From positions 1-32,000 of the forward strand of contig NBVN01000003.1 in assembly GCA_003056265.1 (NCBI GenBank): a stretch of DNA of 32,000 bases. The letters are read 5' to 3'. Shown here piece by piece: positions 6,401 through 13,108 of this stretch (the stretch's first letter is position 1; the number at the start of each line of letters is the position of its first letter). A program made the position numbers and the translations under genes. The stretch is from Zestosphaera tikiterensis. GTDB taxonomy: Archaea; Thermoproteota; Thermoprotei_A; Sulfolobales; NBVN01. The notes beneath the pieces are model-generated. The model was not told the DNA's origin and did no database searches. It saw only the letters and a program-made list of their open reading frames with translations.

Positions 6401-8269
6401 ACGACGAGCATGCCTAGGAGCAGTGTGCTGAGGCTTGAATCCATACTCCCAGGTATGGTAGGGGTTCAAGCTGAGAGCGATGAGCCCGGGCTCATATGGT
6501 ATCTCAGAGAGCTCTTTAAGCCCAAGGAGTTCTTGGAGACCGCTGGCCAGGGCCTTATAGGTCTGGGCGAGGGAGCTATCCAGGCCTTAACTTTCGACTT
6601 GGTGAAAATCGATGCGAAGAACGAGTACCAGGCCGTGGGGAAGACCATAGGCTATATAGCTACTAACGTGGAAATGCTTGTGGCGAATGCGGCCAGCATA
6701 AGCAAGTCCTTACCCGGGCTTTTACCCGGTCTCAAGAGTGCAGTAACTAACTTGGCGACTGCTGGTGTGAACACTGTAAAGGTTGTTGGCTCGGGCTTGG
6801 TAACGGGTTTTAAGTCCTGGCGTTTATCGAAAATGTTAGGTGGTGTAGGCCCCGCCTTGTTGATGAAGCTCTTCAAAGTCGAGTCCACAATTCCTGTCAA
6901 TATCCCGATCCTGAAGAAAACCATAGAGATACCCTGGGAGCTAAGTTTCCTCGAGAACTATAAGACGCTGCTAGGCTTCGAATACCTAATCCCGACTGAG
7001 GGGAAGACAGTCTATGGTAACATCATCAAGCTTGCCGAGAACAAGAATTTCGGGGGATGGTATATAGGTATAGGCTACACTCTCAACAAGGTCATAGAAG
7101 TAGATGGTAAGTTGGTCTATCCTGGGTGGTGGCACTACTACCTTAAATCCGGCAAGCTAGTCGTATACAACCCCGAGATAAAGGGATATACGGAGGAGCT
7201 CCTACCTATTCTCCAGCCCCTCCTAGGTGCAATGAAGGATTTAGCGATAACAGCCTACCGGAACCCTGCAGTCACCTACTTGACTACCGGCCTCGCACAC
7301 AATGCGTACTCACTTCTCTGGGGGGACATGTACAACCTTCTCCAGCTATCCTATGGGGACACTCTTTCCCGGGTAAGCTTCAGCGCAGACCCCAACGAGC
7401 TCCATATCAGGCCATCGCCCTATGTGGGTAGCCTTGATTCAGACATTTATATACAGACTCGCTTTGAGAACCTAGCTAATGCGACTGCGCCAGCCTACAA
7501 TATTACTGTCAGGGTTTACCTGGAGGGTCCGGTTAACGCTTCCACGATTACTGTGTGGGATGCCAGTCATCCTGAAGCGTTTGACGGCTATAGAGTCAGT
7601 GTTGATGACGGTAGGGTAGTTGTAGAGGTGAGGTTCACTAATATAACGCTACCCCCGAATAAGAATCCACCCGAGGGTGAGGGGTGGGTGACTCTGAAGC
7701 TCAGATTCCTGGGTGATGCTAGGCCTGGAGACAGCATTAGGGCCTATGCCGATGTCTACTTCGACTATAACCCGCCAGTCAGAACCAACACGGAGTCTAC
7801 AACATATGACCCAGATCCCCCTGAGGTAAGCATTAATGCTTCTGTTGAGCCGGGTAAGATCAGGGTGAGTCTCACATGTCTCGATAGTGTTTCAGGATGC
7901 AACTACACAGTATTGATGTTGCGGAAGGGTGTGAACCCGCTGGCTAACGAGACCCTGCTGGAGCCGGGGCCTGGAGGTGTCTACGAGGTGAGCCTAGAGC
8001 CGGGAACCTACACTCTTGTGGCCATAGGCATTGATAATGCTGGTAACAGAGTCTGGAGCAACACAACTATAAATGTGCCGGGAATCACTACGAATACACC
8101 CTGGGGCAACACCACGACTATAAACGTGCCGGGAACTACTAGCGCCACGAATGAGAGTGAAAGCCGTGGTGGAGGTAGTGGTATCCCCATCTGGATCTAC
8201 CTGGCAATCCCCCTGGTAGCGGTTGCCGCTGTGATCCTTGTAGTTAAGTTGCGACGTCCTAAGAGCTAG
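3488..8269 (+). CDS. Giant secreted, C-terminally membrane-anchored, heavily sequon-decorated cell-surface protein (S-layer/adhesin-like)
   Basis: Uninterrupted 1593-codon ORF. N-terminal signal-like MVRLIARSLSIIMVVLLVLPEANIIFA and C-terminal TM IPIWIYLAIPLVAVAAVILVV followed by KLRRPKS. At least 23 N-x-S/T sequons by eye. Segments IDFGQVHIGEEKAVDVEV and SYRESIYITNIGNAEAV look Ig/PapD-like. C-terminal LPPNKNPPEGEGWVTLKLRF...ADVYFDYNPPVRTN and DNAGN look like adhesin-type motifs. Confidence 0.9.
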   Translation: MVRLIARSLSIIMVVLLVLPEANIIFAENTLLGPAFNSVQKIPVVKPSRDYLPANYSHALNLIFNFKTDQGLKRETGITTTLISDNTVRIHAYNYYTNYLAIADLDLVTLEKKVKYVFSQYYNETPHMYGPIIRINGTAYNFIEQMTNYGVPAGILGSTDVGANTIVVTRVMGFDLPPIELKIGRDDTARRDKGYIVIASLNKNSADTYILDLGAVVDRALGGPGIINSIPFDVRALNSASIRFNGSTMSLALTSLGWPGAPVYQGWIDYVDGLARIGERINNTHVKLFAGTIIAQIDLGDMKVINASFVYSKEYNSFSIGKPLSDGGFLVLLVSVNSVVFVKVGKELRIEWVTRIDLPAINPDNPGWFINHFKIAEAGNGYVALLPFNLVQKGWPREKPVVVYLDKSGRLKWSAQLQPVTWVHTDIAELSADNDTIYVVWSSNYDNPPGKLSWITMFDESGEVLGSFRNAVGIEYNAGLFTEVHGRLGRDRTIICRPTGYHIFHRGGFEGWIDAMYLLNDYDTMELGENSPFRDFRSNDADLEKGEGWIVSSNPTWLNVSYGYTGVGIAYYKHPILVKSGESITINNTYVDTPQIVTVLRDVESTVEFTPSFVYPVAIMPDEIDFGQVHIGEEKAVDVEVVWLSDMSGTARGYIYHIPKAPFKLGDLFKVEDAHVGNHVRVRMYFKPDKEGIATDIFGLGAMIYPGVGYPDPSRLDYPRQTIPVRGIGVSRDKPIVINISNCPVSLGLSASYISMPPFILPGSSYRESIYITNIGNAEAVFIHGILVLPGSTVISVKGADEVIGLGNESLDPFFAIATKLKPLETRRIDIYMRITAELADRNSPYRKLGLERAPHGAVPMEIAALPPALWEEAWSYYKKSDKPHLVVDAALRMYNDYVAGIVMKLGEMPEDELNDALVNLWMSNQYLADYLDIVSFRMAMGDWMFNETAASIIIGANGEVLNASGIKVNNTTSMPRSSVLRLESILPGMVGVQAESDEPGLIWYLRELFKPKEFLETAGQGLIGLGEGAIQALTFDLVKIDAKNEYQAVGKTIGYIATNVEMLVANAASISKSLPGLLPGLKSAVTNLATAGVNTVKVVGSGLVTGFKSWRLSKMLGGVGPALLMKLFKVESTIPVNIPILKKTIEIPWELSFLENYKTLLGFEYLIPTEGKTVYGNIIKLAENKNFGGWYIGIGYTLNKVIEVDGKLVYPGWWHYYLKSGKLVVYNPEIKGYTEELLPILQPLLGAMKDLAITAYRNPAVTYLTTGLAHNAYSLLWGDMYNLLQLSYGDTLSRVSFSADPNELHIRPSPYVGSLDSDIYIQTRFENLANATAPAYNITVRVYLEGPVNASTITVWDASHPEAFDGYRVSVDDGRVVVEVRFTNITLPPNKNPPEGEGWVTLKLRFLGDARPGDSIRAYADVYFDYNPPVRTNTESTTYDPDPPEVSINASVEPGKIRVSLTCLDSVSGCNYTVLMLRKGVNPLANETLLEPGPGGVYEVSLEPGTYTLVAIGIDNAGNRVWSNTTINVPGITTNTPWGNTTTINVPGTTSATNESESRGGGSGIPIWIYLAIPLVAVAAVILVVKLRRPKS
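8060..8140 (+). repeat. In-gene tandem repeat encoding NTTINVPGIT / NTTTINVPGTT stalk
   Basis: AACACAACTATAAATGTGCCGGGAATCACT (8060-8089) and AACACCACGACTATAAACGTGCCGGGAACTACT (8108-8140). Thr/Asn-rich linker just before the C-terminal anchor. Confidence 0.7.
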
Positions 8270-8440
8270 TCAAAATCTCCACCATTTTTCCTCGGTAACG
8301 ATTAGCCATATGTTTTTCAAGTATCACCACTTTCATAATCCTGCTCCTGCCCCTTTTAGTTTGCCTAGTGCCTTATCAGCTATGGCTTGAATCTCCGGGC
8401 ATAGGATTCTCACAACCACTATGTAGTTTTATTTTAATCT

Positions 8441-8730
8441 CTACAGCACGTGAAAGGGGTTTTCGCGAGAAATAAGTATCCACTTATCCAATTCGAGCCA
8501 TGAGTCAACATGACGACTACTAACACCTAATCCAGTAAGCTCCTCTATACGCACTTCCTAGCTATATTCCCTTCCCGCTGTCTTATCAGCTCAATCATAT
8601 CAATATCCTGAGATATCTGTTCTGGCTGAATCCACGGTATTTAGCTCCTTAACGATTTCCTTACTTACATTATCTGCTGGACCGCCTATTACATGTATCC
8701 AATATAGCGCCTCGTAAAGCAGTTCCGTCT
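8441..8730 (-). pseudogene. Remnant of a winged-helix/HTH-type regulator gene (multiple frame breaks)
   Basis: Minus-strand pieces in three frames: ELLYEALYWIHVIGGPADNVSKEIVKELNTVDSARTDIS / QDIDMIELIRQREGNIA / EVRIEELTGLGVSSRHVDSWLELDKWILISRENPFHVL*. The HTH-like pattern is only suggestive. Confidence 0.3.
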
Positions 8731-8810
8731 TTATAGATGTTGATAAGTGAAAAATATCAATTAGATATATTTAGATGTCTTTATTTATGGATTTGTTGAG
8801 TTTCGACATC

Positions 8811-8960
8811 GATGATGATGGTGAGGTGGGTGAGCGTTAAATGAATTCAAGTTCGATGTAGGGAGTTATGAAGGAATGATTAGCTCCCGCAGTCGGGCTT
8901 GAAGGATCCCATAGGCGATGAAAACCTACGTAAGCATTGATCTACTTACGTATGTGCGAA
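8811..8960. ncRNA. GC-richer hairpin-bearing intergenic patch (candidate ncRNA or relic)
   Basis: Hairpin GGGAG(T)...(G)CTCCC at 8861-8888 with ATGAAGGAATGAT in its loop. 8-bp hairpin TACGTAAG(N10)CTTACGTA at 8927-8952, followed by GAACCC as in patch 2090-2330. Confidence 0.25.
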
Positions 8961-9131
8961 CCCTACCTAGCAACTTATTAAGTTTGACCAGTACGTTTAA
9001 CACAGTAACCGTTACCTAGTCACTCTACCAAATTCTCCTGATATTGCATTATAAATCTTGGCTTACATAAGTTGCTTGTAAATGTAGGTATACAATATTT
9101 CATGCTAAACTTTATCATCCTGTTGATGTCT

Positions 9132-9665
9132 TTAGAGCTCACCTATCTCTCTGAGAAATTCTTCAAGTACTTCCTTAGATATTATCCAGAAACCGCTTTC
9201 TATGAGCTGGTCTATTACCTGCTTCGCCTTAGGGATCAATCCCTTATACTTGGCTAATGTTATTATACCTAGCGTACTCATCACTTATAACCCCAGCTTC
9301 TTAGCTAGGTTTCTCGTGTCCCTGTCGTCTACGAGTAGCAGATCCGCGTTACGCTTTAGTGCTAGAACTATTGCTTCTGCTTCGTCAGTATTTACAAACT
9401 CTTCAAGAAGAGCTACCAGCCTCTTATTACCAGCTTTACCTACATCTATGAAATCTGCTCTCACTATCTTCTCACTACCGGGCTTATTCTCAACCGTTAT
9501 CTCCTTCCAGACCGCTTCCGGGATAAGTATTTTCCTGAAGAGTTTCTCTAAGATATCTAAACGGCATATCTTGACGAATGCAATAATAACGCTTGAATTA
9601 GAGACAACGAGAAGCTCTTCCTTTCCCCTACCACTTTCTTGTCTTTTTCGCAAGCTTCTTGGCAA
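9132..9665 (-). pseudogene. DUF3368-like PIN-type toxin interrupted by an in-frame TAA
   Basis: ORF 9285-9665 ends ...RNLAKKLGL then TAA (9285-9287). The same frame continues VMSTLGIITLAKYKGLIPKAKQVIDQLIESGFWIISKEVLEEFLREIGEL* (to stop 9132-9134), which is the expected C-terminal half. The N-terminal motif reads VVSNSS where this family (from memory) has an Asp. Confidence 0.7.
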
Positions 9666-9909
9666 GCTCCAGGTCTTCCCTCAACTCTTCTTCATCGTAG
9701 TGTAGTGGTATACCTTCTCTAGCTAGCAGTTCTAGGAAGTCCCACTTCGAAAGACTAGCTATTCTCCTAGCCTGACCCAGACTAGCTATACCTTTCTCGT
9801 AAAGCCTCAACGCTAGCTCTACTCTGAATCTCCCCTCAAGCTCGTCAGGAGGAACCCTAAGACCCTCAGGAACCTCAATAACAACACGCTTAGCCCTAGT
9901 TTTAAACAC
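9628..9909 (-). CDS. UPF0175-family antitoxin-like protein
   Basis: 93 aa, ELALRLYEKGIASLGQARRIASLSKWDFLELLAREGIPLHYDEEELREDLE. This is the typical UPF0175 pattern (from memory). Lies upstream of and overlapping the DUF3368-like gene. Confidence 0.8.
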   Translation of the reverse strand: MFKTRAKRVVIEVPEGLRVPPDELEGRFRVELALRLYEKGIASLGQARRIASLSKWDFLELLAREGIPLHYDEEELREDLELAKKLAKKTRKW

Positions 9910-10103
9910 TCATAACCCCCTCTACAGAGATACTTATACTTGTGGAAGATATTAATCTTAAACTACTTCAAGATAAACTAAGCTTTAACAACATTAACAT
10001 CATTAAACCTCCAAGCCAAATATACTGGAAGAAAGTATGTATGAAAAACTATACCTATATGTCCTAGTAATTAAGGACACTTCCTTATAAGGATTGATCT
10101 CTC

Positions 10104-10143
10104 GAGCCGTAGGTCCCGGGTTCAAATCCTGGCGGGCCCGCCA
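10104..10143 (+). repeat. Near-perfect copy of tRNA-Arg 3' end (att-type scar)
   Basis: GAGCCGTAGGTCCCGGGTTCAAATCCTGGCGGGCCCGCCA against tRNA 234-273. 38/40 identical, and the next two bases (CA) also match. Confidence 0.85.
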
Positions 10144-10511
10144 CAGAATTGAGGCCACTTATTTTCATATGATCTCTGCTTCATTTTATTTGGTTGTATT
10201 CATGAGCTAGCATTAACCTTACCGCATTTAATCAAGTTGAAGTTGTTAGATGTTGAGTATTGATAATGTAACCAACGCCGTTAGGGTTTTCGTCGTAAAT
10301 CAGACGCAACCATCTATTCTTAAGCCTCCTCACAAACTTCCTTGCTGGTATGAACCTATCTGGTACATTCTCTATGTACTTTACTTAGCATGTGCATCGC
10401 CAAACTTTTTAACATTAACTTCTCTCCCCTCTGCGTACCAAGTGGTAATAGCGTATGCCTAGGATTACTGCAACTACCAGCGCGGGAGGACTCCTGAAAG
10501 CCATAGCTATG

Positions 10512-10739
10512 TCAAAGAACATGGGTATTAAACCTAGGTAACCTGAATGTCTGATCCACGAGTATATTCCATAACAACTTATTAGCTATATAGTTAATCC
10601 TCTCAATGCTCTCATGAGCTTTAAGATGAGCTTTATAACTAAGGTAGTGTATATAAGACCCTAAGATAAACATAGACCATCCAAGAACGCGTAAACCAGC
10701 ACTAGTGATATTAAGCTTTAAAAGAAAACCCATAACCAC
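10512..10739 (-). pseudogene. Fragment of a small hydrophobic membrane protein gene (flanking pieces in other frames)
   Basis: The 75-aa ORF is hydrophobic. Immediately upstream, MLKKNILIALKFTLIFYSLAWLWVFF* lies in another frame, and downstream PMFFDIAMAFRSPPALVVAVILGIRYYHLVRRGE lies in a third. Consistent with a frameshifted gene. Confidence 0.3.
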
Positions 10740-10851
10740 GCTAAAGAATAGAATATGAGGGTAAACTTAAGAGCGATGAGAATGTTTTTCTTCAACATCA
10801 CTTTCACTAATGCATGTAACCTAGCTTTTAGCACTTGGGTTTACAACCTCT

Positions 10852-11304
10852 TCATGAGATAACCTTTAGCCACGGCACCCTCTTGAAGTCCTCGTCGAAG
10901 GTTAGGATCACGTCTATACCATAGTGTTTACAGGTTAGTGCTATTATGGCATCGCTTGGCAGAAGCTTGTAGCTTAGCATGGTTTCGTAAAGTTCCTGCT
11001 CGGCATAAATGCTTGGTACTAACCTTATGTTTAATCTCCTGATTAATTCTCTCACTGCATTAACGACTTCCCCTGGATATCCATGTTTCTTCACCCATCT
11101 CTTCACTGAGTGAATCCCTTTCACACCATGTTTATGTTCTAGGTAATGTACTGTTGATGTATAGATTATCTCGTTATGGACAACCATATCTATAACGTAG
11201 TCTCCAGGATTTTCTTCTAGTAGAGTTAGAACCTGGTCTGTCTTAGGCGTATTATGGAGGATATGGTAAAATATATTAGTGTCTAAGAAAATCAAGAAAG
11301 CCAC
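10852..11304 (-). CDS. vapC: PIN-domain toxin (VapC-like), apparently intact
   Basis: 150 aa, GTG start. FLDTNIFYHIL...NEIIYTS...PSDAIIALTCKH...FDEDFKRVPWLKVIS retains the acidic PIN residues. Overlaps the upstream antitoxin by 13 nt. Confidence 0.88.
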   Translation of the reverse strand: MAFLIFLDTNIFYHILHNTPKTDQVLTLLEENPGDYVIDMVVHNEIIYTSTVHYLEHKHGVKGIHSVKRWVKKHGYPGEVVNAVRELIRRLNIRLVPSIYAEQELYETMLSYKLLPSDAIIALTCKHYGIDVILTFDEDFKRVPWLKVIS

Positions 11305-11489
11305 GTCTCCTCCAAGTACTTCTCTAACTCCTTCTCGTCAGACCTGCCTAAGATGCCGATAATGTCTTTCAACCTACTCCTAAGATTTCTTTCGATCCTC
11401 ACCTGAACTTCCTCACCTTCCTTAAGCTCTAAAGACTCTAAAGGCTTCAACACACCATTCTCGTACTTAACTCTAACAACCTTGGACAT
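11292..11489 (-). CDS. vapB: DUF104/AF2212-like antitoxin
   Basis: 65 aa, MSKVVRVKYENGVLKPLESLELKEGEEVQV. Paralog of 1617-1814 and 14501-14704. Confidence 0.85.
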   Translation of the reverse strand: MSKVVRVKYENGVLKPLESLELKEGEEVQVRIERNLRSRLKDIIGILGRSDEKELEKYLEETWLS

Positions 11490-11630
11490 CCAGCTACACC
11501 CAATTATATTTACGGCTTTAAAGGGTTAAAAACGTGTTGCGATAGGATAAAAACTTACCATAACAGAATCACCAATCATTTATCTGACAATGTTACAAAT
11601 CCTACATGACTTCATGCAATATTTTAACAT

Positions 11631-11686
11631 GGACGCCAGCCTTCGGAGCCGAAGATCCTAGACTCAAATACTGGCGATCCACCACA
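11631..11686 (+). repeat. Strongly decayed copy of tRNA-Arg from the anticodon stem to the 3' end
   Basis: GGACGCCAGCCTTCGGAGCCGAAGATCCTAGACTCAAATACTGGCGATCCACCA against tRNA 219-273. About 40/55 identical with one gap. The anticodon loop CTTCGGA is preserved, and the differences are mostly G->A and C->T. Confidence 0.7.
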
Positions 11687-11715
11687 AAACAGGTATTAGC
11701 TATTCATGATAATAG

Positions 11716-11886
11716 TTATTTAATTACAGTCTCTCGCACTGGTCCTAAATTTTTCAGTATTACGATTTTGTCTTTCTCTCGGAAGGTTATCTCTAACTTC
11801 TCGAAGAAGCCTTCACGACCCAAGATCATTATATCTGATGCTATGTAATCGGTGAATGCTATAGGTATTGTTAGCCATTTTGCCTT
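11716..11886 (-). pseudogene. Possible AbrB/SpoVT-like antitoxin remnant without a partner toxin
   Basis: 56-codon open frame KAKWLTIPIAFTDYIASDIMILGREGFFEKLEITFREKDKIVILKNLGPVRETVIK*. The only ATG (11878-11876) is out of frame. The resemblance to AbrB-fold antitoxins is weak. Confidence 0.2.
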
Positions 11887-11980
11887 TTATGTAATTCCTC
11901 GATATTCTCAGATATTCTTACTTACTTTCCCTACTCTCAAAGCTTAAAGTTTATATTTTAGGTAAGTGAGTATATATTCT

Positions 11981-12160
11981 TGGAGTTGATGAGGGGGTTT
12001 ATCCACCTAATAGAATAGGTGGATCCCTGAGGAAAAATATCGTAAAGATGGGAGAGAGGGGTAAGCGTATGCGGGGGTGCTTGGGTCGCCCCTAAGAGCC
12101 TCCGCAGTGAAGGATGAAGCCCGACAGAGCGGAGGAACAAAAAATGAAGGGATGAAGAAA
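11981..12160. ncRNA. GC-rich structured intergenic patch (candidate ncRNA or relic)
   Basis: Hand GC count 37/60 for 12061-12120. Perfect 8-bp hairpin ATCCACCT(N8)AGGTGGAT at 12001-12024, bracketed by TGATGA (11987-11992) and CTGA (12027-12030). Second hairpin CTCCGC(N23)GCGGAG at 12100-12134 with GTGAAGGATGAAG in its loop. ATGAAGGGATGAAG at 12144-12157. Confidence 0.3.
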
Positions 12161-12197
12161 GTAGTTAAGAGCTATTGAGAGCGATTAGGAGTATCGT

Positions 12198-12479
12198 TCA
12201 GACCTGAACCCTACCTATACCTTCTATTTCTATGTTTACGTGTTTCTTAAGGTACGCTTTCACATATCCACCAACACCTGCGAGATATGCTGGCTCAGCA
12301 TTATCGAAGCTAATCCCAGCGTACTCTGCTACGCTCGTATGAAACAAGCTTATCGAAGCACCACTGTCCACTAAGACATAGACAAGGATCTTGCCATGAG
12401 AACCTATAAGCCGTACGGGTATAATCGGGTAATACCTCCTACGGCGCTCAACATATTTAAACTCCACACTACCAGCCAT
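12198..12479 (-). CDS. Single-domain retropepsin-like (clan AA) aspartic protease
   Basis: 93 aa with the active-site motif in LVYVLVDSGASISLF (D-S-G-A). The size fits a homodimeric retropepsin fold. Confidence 0.8.
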   Translation of the reverse strand: MAGSVEFKYVERRRRYYPIIPVRLIGSHGKILVYVLVDSGASISLFHTSVAEYAGISFDNAEPAYLAGVGGYVKAYLKKHVNIEIEGIGRVQV

Positions 12480-12532
12480 AGTTGGTGAAACCTCTACACT
12501 GTTTCTCTAGAGAATATCTTAGCCTCCCCCAG

Positions 12533-12745
12533 CTAGACTACTAGAAGGTCGTGGCTTGGAACCTTTATGATGCCATAGCTTCCTCTCTCATAACCCTTCT
12601 CCTCCATTATCCCCTCCAGTTCTTCCAGAGTACGAGCATATGCTATAACTCTCCCATCTACAATAGCGGCCCAATGACCCTCTGGAACCTTATCCAGCTC
12701 ACCCTTCTTAATAACCTCGATAGGCTTACTCTTCAACCATACCAC
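12533..12745 (-). CDS. Small protein, DUF5678-like (from memory), upstream partner of the retropepsin-like gene
   Basis: 70 aa, GHWAAIVDGRVIAYARTLEELEGIMEEKGYERGSYGIIKVP. Same strand, 53 nt upstream of the protease gene. Confidence 0.6.
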   Translation of the reverse strand: MVWLKSKPIEVIKKGELDKVPEGHWAAIVDGRVIAYARTLEELEGIMEEKGYERGSYGIIKVPSHDLLVV

Positions 12746-13108
12746 CCCAGTTCTCTAGCCCAGGTACTACTTACGTATAGGGCTTAATAATCGTGCTATG
12801 ATAACACTCCGCAAATCTCCTCCCAGTATCTTCCTTTAACCTCTTCGTGATTCAGAAGCTCTATAACAATAAAATTACGTCTAGGCTAGGATAGATTATT
12901 CAGGGGGTGAAAGTGTCCCTTACTGTTAAGGCTACCTCTTTAAGATATTTTTGACTTGAAATCAGTATGCCCTAGCTATGTATGACTAGGTTGTAGATAC
13001 TTGCTTTATGTTTCTTAGCACATCCTATCTCCTATCTGACCTTTCCTAGCTCTTAAAGCAACTTTCGGTTATAACGCTACGTTGGAGACTCTAACTTTTA
13101 TGAAACAT

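Larger units (their letters stand above)
274..11686. mobile_element. Composite remnant of serial integrations at tRNA-Arg (integrase-less, decayed); TA-rich accessory DNA continues to about 15000
   Basis: Bounded by the intact tRNA-Arg and three direct partial copies of its 3' half (1976-2019, 10104-10143, 11631-11686). Content is pseudogenes, TA modules and a compositionally distinct giant gene. No tyrosine recombinase ORF is visible. Confidence 0.6.

Noticed and set aside
4339-8190. Seven minus-strand ORFs of 60-90 aa inside the 1593-aa gene (4339-4599, 5141-5377, 6269-6469, 6466-6648, 6652-6924, 8008-8190 and others).
   Set aside because: They are antisense shadows of a long, GC-richer ORF, with no starts, SD or motifs. 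The same reasoning applies to antisense ORFs inside metG, priL, PCNA, the ATPase, gcvPA and the membrane protein.
9202-9705. The 167-aa plus-strand ORF overlapping the UPF0175/DUF3368 pair (and the ORF at 9072-9257).
   Set aside because: It is Ser/Leu-rich antisense sequence. The opposite strand encodes two recognisable family proteins.
10200-10462. The 70-aa plus-strand ORF, and a minus-strand frame (…NRWLRLIYDENPNGVGYIINTQH) faintly reminiscent of a RelE/ParE C-terminus.
   Set aside because: It is too short and degenerate to call, with no start and no partner gene. It is probably further island debris.
1976-11686. The idea that the tRNA-Arg fragments next to PIN toxins act as decoy substrates for tRNA-cleaving VapCs.
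   Set aside because: This is attractive but unsupported. The fragments decay like neutral DNA, lack promoters that I can see, and direct repeats of a tRNA 3' half are fully explained by integrase att scars.
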